Shown: one piece after another, positions 29,899 through 37,823 of the stretch
Numbering within the stretch: position 1 is the stretch's first letter
How the letters are laid out: each line of letters begins with the position of its first letter
DNA from: an uncultured virus (IMG/VR IMGVR_UViG_3300027688_000004)
Lineage: Duplodnaviria > Heunggongvirae > Uroviricota > Caudoviricetes
DNA length: 64,000 nucleotides
Strand: one strand, 5' to 3'
Virus record (IMG/VR): IMGVR_UViG_3300027688_000004
The notes under the pieces: generated by a model
Seen by the model: the letters and a program-made list of their open reading frames with translations, nothing else
The model's database searches: none
What the model was told of the DNA's origin: nothing
Translations under genes and position numbers: made by a program

Positions 29899-30312
29899 CT
29901 ACTTCATCGCTTTCAGCTCAGCCATGTCTCGCTTGTATTCAGTGGCTTGGTACTGCTTCCGAGCGATCAGAGCAGCCTTCGTGTGCTTCTTTGCATCGAA
30001 GGTATCGATGAAAGCGAACATGTGCTTCTCTGCCTTGTGGCTGGTGTTGAAAGTGCTCGCCAAGTCAGGCCGGTACACTACTGTACCTAGAATATCAAAG
30101 ACGACACAGCGTTTCCCACGGGTCTTGTTGTGCAGATCGAGAGCAACACTCTCTGTGATGCCGAACAACAGCCCGTCTGCTAGGACTCGGGACGCTGTTA
30201 CCCGAGCGTGAAAACACTTCATTGTGTCCCGGTCAACATAGTGTGTCCGGCCTGACAGGTTTCGCTCCGCATTGTGATACGGGTCAGAACTCTCTGAACG
30301 ATACAGTCTCAT
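29899..30312 (-). CDS. Hypothetical phage protein
   Basis: Start MRLY after AAGGAGG and leader. Confidence 0.75.
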   Translation of the reverse strand: MRLYRSESSDPYHNAERNLSGRTHYVDRDTMKCFHARVTASRVLADGLLFGITESVALDLHNKTRGKRCVVFDILGTVVYRPDLASTFNTSHKAEKHMFAFIDTFDAKKHTKAALIARKQYQATEYKRDMAELKAMK

Positions 30313-30394
30313 TGTTTTCCTCCTTCTAAAGTTGTGAAGAACACGAACGACGACCACCGCAGTGGCCGTCTATCACACTCTCCGCCGCCGACTG

Positions 30395-31114
30395 TCAGAT
30401 CTTCTTTTCTACTGGTATGTCCTCAACTTCCGCAAGAAGCTGAAACCAGCCGAAGTCATAATAGAATGGGGTAGACCCGGGACTGTATTCCTCAGTCATG
30501 CCGCACCCTCTGGCCAGCTCTCTCAGCTTGCCAGAATCCAGATCCTCCAGCACAAGGATTGCATCGTACAATCGCTCATTCTCCATGAGGAAGCAGTCAC
30601 CACAGCCGCACAGATCAACATCCATGCCCCAATTCTTACACCACCGCTGCTTCGGGTCGTCTGGTACAGTGTCTCCGTCATCTGTGATCTCCGATTCCAG
30701 CGTCTGGATCATAGCCTTCCGTACCTCTGAGTCACCGTAATTATCCCATGACTCATTGATATCCTCCATCTCTCGCTCAGCTAGGTCTTGATCATCCAGC
30801 ACTGGATAGTTCTCCAGTGCGCGAGCCAGATCATAAGCTCTGTCCATCGCCTTCTCATCAGCCGGATCCACGATGATAATCTCGTACCATCCAGGACCCC
30901 AATGACCGAAGCAATGGACTTCCACCGTCTCAGACTCGCCACCTAGCTCTAGGAGAAAGGCGATGAAGTTGGAGTTCTCTAGGCACTCCGAGTCACGAGT
31001 CCGAGAGACTGGCATGAGATACCAGTCCTCCCGGCCATCAACCTCGATATGCTGATCGAAGCCGGTTGGGCGATGCTCCCCGTATCTGGGGAAGACGCCC
31101 TCATATTTGTCCAT
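30395..31114 (-). CDS. Acidic hypothetical phage protein
   Basis: RBS AAGGAG; FGHWGPGWYE motif; stop inside the repeat. Confidence 0.75.
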   Translation of the reverse strand: MDKYEGVFPRYGEHRPTGFDQHIEVDGREDWYLMPVSRTRDSECLENSNFIAFLLELGGESETVEVHCFGHWGPGWYEIIIVDPADEKAMDRAYDLARALENYPVLDDQDLAEREMEDINESWDNYGDSEVRKAMIQTLESEITDDGDTVPDDPKQRWCKNWGMDVDLCGCGDCFLMENERLYDAILVLEDLDSGKLRELARGCGMTEEYSPGSTPFYYDFGWFQLLAEVEDIPVEKKI

Positions 31115-31181
31115 CTGGTTTCTCCTTCTTAAAGGTTAAGTAAACACGAAAGAGAACCACCGCAGTGGCCCTCCATCCAGC

Positions 31182-31598
31182 TTACTCTTCGTCAGCCCAA
31201 GATGGATCCCAGAACTGCCTTCGTTCCCAGTGCTGGTCAGCCACTTCCTGCCAATCGACTTCACCAGTATCGCGGTAGTTCCGTAGTACCCCCAGTGCGT
31301 CATGCAGCGAGACCCATTTGTACTCGACATGGCTCTCCCCACTGCCTGGCCAGCATAACCGATCTGCATCCTCCTCAGGTATCTCGCAGAGCCTGCTTAG
31401 AGCAGTCTCTGGAGACAGGTTCTCATCCTCCAGCAGCAATGCCGCATGGCCTCCTATGCAACATGCTGAGCCACAGCCGTGGTTTGAATGCTCCCGATTA
31501 TTAGCTTGGTAGTTCATGTCGAACCCGCATTCTGACTGCGGGCTATTGTCCAGATGTTCCAAGTGATCAATGAGCTTCTGAACTCCCGGATGTTTCAT
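31182..31598 (-). CDS. Hypothetical phage protein (FDM...CGSACCIGGH motif)
   Basis: RBS AAGGAG and leader. Confidence 0.75.
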   Translation of the reverse strand: MKHPGVQKLIDHLEHLDNSPQSECGFDMNYQANNREHSNHGCGSACCIGGHAALLLEDENLSPETALSRLCEIPEEDADRLCWPGSGESHVEYKWVSLHDALGVLRNYRDTGEVDWQEVADQHWERRQFWDPSWADEE

Positions 31599-31694
31599 AA
31601 CTCTCTCCTTCTAAGTTTGTTGTGAAGAACACGAATGACGACCACCGCAGTGATCGTCTCTCACACTCTCCGCCGCCGACTGTCAGTTATCCTT

Positions 31695-32111
31695 CTACTG
31701 AACCACCCGGCAACCCTTCAAGGCCAGCCAGACTACATACCCCAGCTCAGTCTCTCCCTGCTCCACATCGTCCAGCCACATCTTCTTCGTGTACACTTTC
31801 GGTGGCAGTTCCGGCTGAGCCATGATCCACGCAACCACTTCGGCCATGTATTCAGTGCTGCAATGCCCTTGGACATCCTGTCCTCCACTGTTCGGATAAG
31901 ATGTACACCACTCCTCTCTGGCAAACACTGCGATCTCAGCAGTGTTCGATCCTTCTTCTCCACACTTCCGATTGTCTGGATCCAGCCGACTCCACTGACC
32001 GTAGTGGTCGCAGTAGTTGCCCGGCCCGAACTGGACAGATAGTTTATACCCGTTCTTAAATGTCAGTTGAAAACCTTTTCCATCTGAGATCCTAAACGCT
32101 TTCGTTACCAC
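31695..32111 (-). CDS. Hypothetical phage protein
   Basis: GTG start after AAGGAG; F.NGY.LSVQFG.GNYC motif. Confidence 0.7.
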   Translation of the reverse strand: MVTKAFRISDGKGFQLTFKNGYKLSVQFGPGNYCDHYGQWSRLDPDNRKCGEEGSNTAEIAVFAREEWCTSYPNSGGQDVQGHCSTEYMAEVVAWIMAQPELPPKVYTKKMWLDDVEQGETELGYVVWLALKGCRVVQ

Positions 32112-32197
32112 TTCAACTTCTCCTTCTGATTGACTGAGGGAAAACACGAACGACGACCACCGCAGTGGCCGTCTATCACACTCTCCGCCGCCGACTG

Positions 32198-32380
32198 TCA
32201 GATTCTGTTCTTATTCCAAGTGTGCAATGCAAAGACTAGCTCAGCCAGTCTTATTGCCAAGTGGGAGATCTCATCTGTGAACCAGTCAGGCACAAAGTCA
32301 TCCGGATTTGAATCGTCGATCTCGTAAAGCCGCTTCGCTATCTGGAGCTGCTCAGCTAAATTTGCTTCAGGATCCATCAC
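32198..32380 (-). CDS. Small hypothetical protein (MDPxANL type)
   Basis: RBS AAGGAG; stop inside the repeat. Confidence 0.65.
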   Translation of the reverse strand: MMDPEANLAEQLQIAKRLYEIDDSNPDDFVPDWFTDEISHLAIRLAELVFALHTWNKNRI

Positions 32381-32393
32381 TTGTCTCCTTTTT

Positions 32394-32573
32394 TTACCTA
32401 AACACTACGTTTGTAAAGAAATCCTCCACAGTACCAATCGCTTCAAGCTGTTCCAGCCTGTCAGCGACCATCTGTTCGTCGTCACACTGCCTTTCTTCAA
32501 GGACGTTCTCCCTCGCAAGGGACATCACGATCTCGATTGCGTCTTCAATTCTCATCGTCTTTCTCTTTCTCAT
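32394..32573 (-). CDS. Small acidic hypothetical protein
   Basis: RBS and leader; the start segment gagaaagacgatgag is tandemly duplicated. Confidence 0.65.
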   Translation of the reverse strand: MRKRKTMRIEDAIEIVMSLARENVLEERQCDDEQMVADRLEQLEAIGTVEDFFTNVVFR

Positions 32574-32659
32574 CGTCTTTCTCCTTCTAAAGTTGTGAAG
32601 AACACGAACGACGACCATCGCAATGATCGTCTATCACACTCTCCGCCGCCGACTGTCAG

Positions 32660-32911
32660 TTATGAATGGGTAGAGTACTTACCCTCTGAGTCCGGAACCC
32701 CACAGATGAAGTAGGTAGTCTTAAACTCAGGCCCGTCTCCTTCTTTGTAACAAGCCTCGATCTCGTTGTCCCTTCCCTGACTTAGAAGAAGGAAGGCATA
32801 TCTGGCTGAGCCCAATGCCCAGGTTGATAGGTAACCGATGCAGAGCTTTGCTTCTGCTGTAAATACAAAGTCATCCTTGAAGCTCATCTTGATAGTACGG
32901 TTGTGGTACAT
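32660..32911 (-). CDS. Hypothetical protein, first gene of the minus-strand array
   Basis: Start MYHN after AGGAG. Confidence 0.65.
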   Translation of the reverse strand: MYHNRTIKMSFKDDFVFTAEAKLCIGYLSTWALGSARYAFLLLSQGRDNEIEACYKEGDGPEFKTTYFICGVPDSEGKYSTHS

Positions 32912-33149
32912 GGTCTGTCTCCTGTTTGGGGTGAATGTCAAAACGCATACCGAGCTTCCCGCCGCCGACTGTCAGGTATTAGATTCCGCCTTCTGACTCA
33001 ACTAAGCCCGGGGATTTTTACCCTTAAAGAAAGAGAATATAACTCTAAGAATCTGACAGTGCGCTGCGGTTAACAGGATTGTGAAGATCGGACTAGCCGA
33101 TATGACACATGCGGGAACGTCATCACAACAACACGAACGGAGAACGAAC

Positions 33150-33851
33150 ATGAAGAACAGCGTAGCGAGATTTGACACAGCATCAGCAGACGACCGACCG
33201 GAACCGGGTCACCTGTGGTTCTGGCAGACGCCGGAGGAATGGATTGAGGACGAACCGCAGCAAACCCCGACACATCGACAACGCCGCGGCAATGTGAACG
33301 GCTTGGCATTGTTCGGCGAGGAGGCAGGCGAATTGATCGTCAATGACCTTGCTGAGCAACTGCCGACGGACGAGCAGCGATCCAGCGCGGAAACACTGGA
33401 CAACGCCGAAAGACGCCTCCCGGTTGAACGCCGTGTCCTGTCAGGCGATAGGGTAGAGCCTGCAGGATCACACGCTGTTAGTCTAGCCTTTTGGATCACC
33501 TACCAAACACTTGAAAAGGACATCCTCGCAGAGGTGTCAACCCATGACCGGGAGGACATCCGCCAAGAGTTTGCATTTCGAGTCTGGCAGAAGGCCTACA
33601 GCGATGAATTGAACCAGACAAGGACTTGGAGGAAAGAGCTAAGGCAGTCCGTCCGAAGACTGATCCGCCTCAGAGGCAGGGTAGCGAAGCACGACCAGAC
33701 CGCAGCCGGAACAGCAGACGAGGCAGCAGCACTTCGAGCGCACTCAATTGAGTCTAAGATCATGCAGACCGAACGGAACCACCTTGCCACCGTTGAGGCT
33801 CTGCAGCAGAAGGACAAACCCCGAAAACCACTGTTTGAGTTTGTAAACTAA
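33150..33851 (+). CDS. Hypothetical protein with a sigma-factor region 2-like segment
   Basis: DREDIRQEFAFRVWQK...TW resembles ECF sigma region 2; no clear region 4 HTH; RBS GGAG. Confidence 0.4.
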   Translation: MKNSVARFDTASADDRPEPGHLWFWQTPEEWIEDEPQQTPTHRQRRGNVNGLALFGEEAGELIVNDLAEQLPTDEQRSSAETLDNAERRLPVERRVLSGDRVEPAGSHAVSLAFWITYQTLEKDILAEVSTHDREDIRQEFAFRVWQKAYSDELNQTRTWRKELRQSVRRLIRLRGRVAKHDQTAAGTADEAAALRAHSIESKIMQTERNHLATVEALQQKDKPRKPLFEFVN

Positions 33852-33933
33852 GACGCTGACAGTCAAACGCGGAAAGCATGACAGACGATGAACCTTGCAA
33901 TTCGCAAGACATCACGAACGAACGACCGAGGAA

Positions 33934-34503
33934 ATGAAGATGAAGACCATCGACACTATCGCAAATGAGTTGATCCAGCGCGGAGTCGCGATTGGCCCGG
34001 CATACCAGCAGGCCGCGCAAGAATTCACAACGCAGGTTGAGCAGCATCATCAGGCAGAAGCGCAGAAGACGATTGACGACACCCGGAGGAAAGACGAGGT
34101 TGCTCAACACATTGTGCGGTTCCTTGACGGACGCATTCGACTGCGGGGATTGGTGGGAAACATGACTAGCCCTTCCCAGTCCCCTCGCTGCCTTGCTCTT
34201 GACGCGGGTATTGTCGGAGAACCTGCAAATTATTCCGACACAACCCGAGCATACTTCCCGCCCAAACTATGGTGCTTTGCCGTTGAAAAGACGCCGTGGT
34301 TCCTCAATCAGGCAGAATGCAATCAACTCTTGGCTTGCGAGGCAGCAGAACCCGGAGTCATCCTGAAAACGCTTGAAGCAATCGGATCAGATGCAGCCAT
34401 CGCAGAGTACAAAGCTGAGTGGAAAACTAAGAATGACGCAGGGTTGATCAAAGCATACGAAAAGGACATTATCAAAGCGAAAGCAATAAAGAAAACCAAA
34501 TAA
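33934..34503 (+). CDS. Hypothetical protein
   Basis: RBS GAGGA; preceded by a CTGACAGT-N5-GCGG motif; followed by a hairpin at 34524-34548. Confidence 0.65.
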   Translation: MKMKTIDTIANELIQRGVAIGPAYQQAAQEFTTQVEQHHQAEAQKTIDDTRRKDEVAQHIVRFLDGRIRLRGLVGNMTSPSQSPRCLALDAGIVGEPANYSDTTRAYFPPKLWCFAVEKTPWFLNQAECNQLLACEAAEPGVILKTLEAIGSDAAIAEYKAEWKTKNDAGLIKAYEKDIIKAKAIKKTK

Positions 34504-34919
34504 AGCAGCCTGACTTGATTCTAGCCCTCCAGCGCATCGCTGGAGGGCCTCAATCAATCCAGACACACAAGCACAGCCAGTTCCCGCATCGTTTGACCCT
34601 TGACCCCGTAACGCTGGACAGACAGACGAGCAGACAGACACTCAGCCCGACAAGCAGAACAAGGCAGACAGACAATCACGCTAGAAGGACTGGATTGACT
34701 GGATTAACTGGCCTGTTTTTCTGATCAAATCATGCAAAAAAGCAGCCTTTCTGGCCATTCTTCAGATGACACGACAGCACCACGCCCACCAGTCTAGCCA
34801 GCAGATGCAGCCCTGCCAGCATCGCCGGAAAAACACGAGGTAGGGAAGTTCAGCCAATCCGAACACCCCACCGCATTGACCCCTTTACCGCCTCCCGAGA
34901 CCCTTTGGTCTCCCATCCG

Positions 34920-35045
34920 GAATTTCCGGAGTTTTGAAAACACTAGAAATTGATACTGGGCCATGAAAAGCAGGTCGTACCCGAATTTCCGGAGTTTTGA
35001 AAACACTAGAAATTGATACTGGGCCATGAAAAGCAGGTCATACCG
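34920..35045. repeat. 63-bp tandem direct repeat (2 copies) in a non-coding convergent region
   Basis: gaatttccggagttttgaaaacactagaaattgatactgggccatgaaaagcaggtc at 34920 and 34983. Confidence 0.9.
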
Positions 35046-35211
35046 GCCCATCGGTAACTCCAGAAGTAATGTTTACCGTAATTCCTACCCATTCAGCACC
35101 TCTGGTCCCAATTCCGGAAGCTGGACTCTCCGGAAGGTCAGGATCTGCCGAGGAAGGGCCTGAATTTGAGCTGTACGGGCCTTGGGCCGATGGGATGAGT
35201 AAAGTATGGGC

Positions 35212-35244
35212 GTAAAGAAAGGCAGGTCCTGTTGGACCTGCCTT
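35212..35244 (-). terminator. Rho-independent terminator for the minus-strand csrA operon
   Basis: aaggcaggtcc/ggacctgcctt stem followed by TCTTT on the minus strand. Confidence 0.65.
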
Positions 35245-35289
35245 GGAGCTTTTCACTGATTTGAGTGTTTAATCACACTGAATACCGCC

Positions 35290-35463
35290 TCACTTCTTAT
35301 CCCCTTTTTCCTTCAGAAGCCTGATCTCTTTCCTGTCCACGGAGACATCCCGCGGGGCACAGATGCCCAGCCGAACTTTATCTCCTCTGATCTCGACCAC
35401 CATGATCGAGATGTTATTCCCGATGAGGATTTCCTCACTCACTTCCCTGCTCAGTACCAGCAT
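35290..35463 (-). CDS. csrA: Carbon storage regulator CsrA/RsmA homolog (57 aa; absent from the ORF track)
   Basis: Manual translation MLVLSREVSEEILIGNNISIMVVEIRGDKVRLGICAPRDVSVDRKEIRLLKEKGDKK. Confidence 0.9.
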   Translation of the reverse strand: MLVLSREVSEEILIGNNISIMVVEIRGDKVRLGICAPRDVSVDRKEIRLLKEKGDKK

Positions 35464-35650
35464 GTCCTAACTCCTTTTCTTCGAGGATGTCTCTGATGTA
35501 ATTCGCCAGCTCGGAGTGGGCCAGATCAACTGCCTCCATCCTCCGGTAGTCACCATCGGTATTCAGCTTGTAGATTGTATCCATGAGCCGCTGAAACACG
35601 TCATGGGTTTTCATCAACACGTCATCGTAGATAGCCTCCTGGTTGATCAC
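35435..35650 (-). CDS. Hypothetical protein
   Basis: Coupled ORF between the nuclease and csrA. Confidence 0.6.
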   Translation of the reverse strand: MINQEAIYDDVLMKTHDVFQRLMDTIYKLNTDGDYRRMEAVDLAHSELANYIRDILEEKELGHAGTEQGSE

Positions 35651-36063
35651 TCTACCGCTCCATCTTCTAAGACCTGATTGCAGAGGCGAACAACCCCTGC
35701 CAACTCCTCACTGGTCCAGGGGGTACGTTTCCCTTTCCCGTCATACGGCTTTACCAGTTTATGGGCCAACATGAATCCGGCGTAGGTCAGATCGGTCTTA
35801 TCAGGTCGATAGACATCCCCGATTGATCTGCCGTACATGTCCAGCGCATGGCTGGTAAAACGGTATCTTCCTTCTGTCAGCCAGAGCCTTGCCACTTTCA
35901 GCACGAGCTGTCCGGCCAAAGTGTTCTTCTCTGGAGCGTCAATGCCGACGATCCGAGATGTCACATCAATCCGGATACACCATCCGGGGTCTACGATCAT
36001 TTTGTGGGTGTCGCCATCGATCATAGTCAGCTGCAGGATTTCAACATCGTAGGTTGGTTTCAC
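35647..36063 (-). CDS. Thermonuclease (SNase-like) family nuclease
   Basis: IDGDT, RIVGIDAPE, DMYGRSIG. Confidence 0.85.
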   Translation of the reverse strand: MKPTYDVEILQLTMIDGDTHKMIVDPGWCIRIDVTSRIVGIDAPEKNTLAGQLVLKVARLWLTEGRYRFTSHALDMYGRSIGDVYRPDKTDLTYAGFMLAHKLVKPYDGKGKRTPWTSEELAGVVRLCNQVLEDGAVE

Positions 36064-36249
36064 AGTGTATCCCCTTGAAAAGTAAGTGGGGCGACATTGT
36101 TCCGAATGAAAGCTGAGCCTGTCCAGTCGAACGGGCCAAGGTAAATGATTGGAGACCGGTCAAAACCCGCAAACCAATTGAACACCACATATCCATAATA
36201 CTCAACCATCACCATCCTCCTGTGTTGAATTGACCGCCGTGATTAGGTG

Positions 36250-36498
36250 CTACTGAACTCGTTCCATCCACCCCAGTGGTCCAAAAGGGACAGCCGTTTC
36301 GCTCGGCCTTCCAGGAGGCTCCGGATGCGCGACGTTCCATTCCTCGTTGATCGCGTCGTCAAACAACTCGATCCCTTCACCTTCTGACACAACCAGCAAC
36401 GCGGAACATACGCTTTCCCACTCAGCTTTGCTCATCGTTCCAGACTCAATCCGTGAGCGTGCCAGCCGCTTCCAGTCCCCAATGTCCATGATTCGCAC
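36250..36498 (-). CDS. Hypothetical protein
   Basis: ORF within the minus-strand operon. Confidence 0.5.
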   Translation of the reverse strand: MRIMDIGDWKRLARSRIESGTMSKAEWESVCSALLVVSEGEGIELFDDAINEEWNVAHPEPPGRPSETAVPFGPLGWMERVQ

Positions 36499-36579
36499 CT
36501 ATTAAGCAAAATGCACTTGAGCGGCGGTCAGGTTGGTTCACATGGCGGGCCGCTCGTCGCCACCAAGTGATTTTGAACG

Positions 36580-36957
36580 TTAAGTTTCCACTCCATCAAT
36601 TGAACAGACGCAGGCAGCAGTATTGGCCCGTCCTCTGAGCACAGCTCCGGTGGTGAGACGGAAGACGCCTGACTCTCCGGGGTTGAGCCTCATAAAGGGT
36701 GCAATCCCTCCGGCGGCTGATGGGCCGAACTCAACGTAGTTCGTGACATCGTGGTTTGTGATGCAGAAAATGCCCGGAGTGGTGAGTCCGGTCAAAGAGA
36801 TCACGGTATCTGCCGCTGGGACGCTCACACGTCCCGGGGAAGGGCCTCCTACACCGGTCTGGGTGAAAGTCTTGTTCGTGGAGAGGATCGTCTTGTTGAA
36901 GAAGGCAGCGTCCTTTTTGACGCTGACCTGCAAGTTCATCCGGATTTCATCGGCCAT
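36580..36957 (-). CDS. Hypothetical beta-rich protein
   Basis: RBS AAGGA; overlaps the upstream gene. Confidence 0.6.
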   Translation of the reverse strand: MADEIRMNLQVSVKKDAAFFNKTILSTNKTFTQTGVGGPSPGRVSVPAADTVISLTGLTTPGIFCITNHDVTNYVEFGPSAAGGIAPFMRLNPGESGVFRLTTGAVLRGRANTAACVCSIDGVET

Positions 36958-37711
36958 TTGACTGTTCCTTGAGAAGTTCGTGTAACAGGCCCTGCACGTT
37001 GAACATCATTGCGCAAAGGGCTTCAACTTGATCAACCTGCAGACCAGAATCGGGGCTGATGGGGGCTCCTCCTCGATGAAGGGACCACAAATCGAAGAAG
37101 TGCCGGAACAGGGATTTGACGTAGACGTCATGGGGGATCCCCTTCTGCCAGTTGTCGCTGTCTCGGAAGGTATCATCCTTCTGCTGGCGATGCGAGTGCA
37201 TGTACTCTGCGAACGCTCTCAAGGCTAAGGGGGACAGAAAGCCTTCGTAATCGAGCTTTGATTTGTCTAGGTTCCGTGTTGCGCCGGTAGAGAACTGCCG
37301 GATGAAGGGTCCCTCCTGCAGAATCTTCTCGTCAGCCTCGGCTGCTGCTTCGTATTTGGCATCCTGGTCAAGCCGGTTTTGGATGGAAGCAATTCGCTGA
37401 TCGAACTCGGCCTTCAGTTTGCCTTCGCCTCGATACTTGACGGACTCCATCTTCTCTTTCCATTCGTCCGCCACAACCTTCTTGAAGTGTGCCGCCGATA
37501 AGGTCGGATTATCGATGAATTCGTCCATAGAAGGGATCCACGAGATAAAAACGTCCTCAGGGAACCAATACTCTCCGCATCCTTCGATCTGCAGCCTCCC
37601 GCCGGGCAGATCCTTATGAATTGCCGCCACTGTCCCAAGATGCCCCTTGGGGATGACCCTCTCAGCCATTCCGACGTACTTAACCGTATCTCCCACCTCG
37701 AACTTTGACAT
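36947..37711 (-). CDS. dATP/dGTP diphosphohydrolase-like (DUF5664-type) domain protein
   Basis: RQFSTGATR...NWQKGIP...SLFRH...A.MFN; start MSKFEV after AAGGAG. Confidence 0.7.
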   Translation of the reverse strand: MSKFEVGDTVKYVGMAERVIPKGHLGTVAAIHKDLPGGRLQIEGCGEYWFPEDVFISWIPSMDEFIDNPTLSAAHFKKVVADEWKEKMESVKYRGEGKLKAEFDQRIASIQNRLDQDAKYEAAAEADEKILQEGPFIRQFSTGATRNLDKSKLDYEGFLSPLALRAFAEYMHSHRQQKDDTFRDSDNWQKGIPHDVYVKSLFRHFFDLWSLHRGGAPISPDSGLQVDQVEALCAMMFNVQGLLHELLKEQSNGR

Positions 37712-37791
37712 GACTTTCTCCTTGTGTCGCTGAATCCGGAACTTCCACTGAGAGGCAGAATATCGTCTGTTTGGAAACCGGTCAAGGGGTG

Positions 37792-37823
37792 TTGACAGAT
37801 TTTGTAAATGGTAGCTAAATGGT
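37792..37823 (+). promoter_or_regulatory. Third copy of the palindromic operator over a TTGACA element
   Basis: TTGACAGA-T-TTTGTAAA matches the operators at 16664-16705. Confidence 0.55.

Larger units (their letters stand above)
24968..32975 (-). repeat. Dispersed family of structured intergenic leader elements (11 UGCG-loop hairpins plus variants)
   Basis: CGCA loops (+ strand coordinates) at 25007, 27385, 28327, 29035, 29669, 29875, 30358, 31161, 31646, 32161, 32619; variant hairpin at 26341-26365; truncated copy at 32959-32975. Confidence 0.92.

Noticed and set aside
29899..32618. Shared N-terminal peptide MVVVRVLHNFRRRKT in two predicted ORFs
   Set aside because: Artefact of translating through the leader repeat; the real starts follow the AGAAGGAG RBS
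24968..32660. Repeats as intrinsic terminators or sigma70 promoters
   Set aside because: No clean U-tract after the stems, and the would-be -10 region after CTGACA varies (gatag/gacag/gagag); weak termination is not fully excluded
24968..32975. CRISPR array interpretation of the dispersed hairpin repeats
   Set aside because: The intervening sequences are hundreds to thousands of bp long and are whole genes; the repeats vary; there is no cas operon
24968..32975. Classical integron attC sites
   Set aside because: No RYYYAAC...GTTRRRY ends and no tyrosine integron integrase in the window; only the architectural analogy is kept
34794..35051. 85-aa ORF with a duplicated peptide
   Set aside because: It only reflects the 63-bp DNA repeat, lacks a good RBS and lies beyond the terminator
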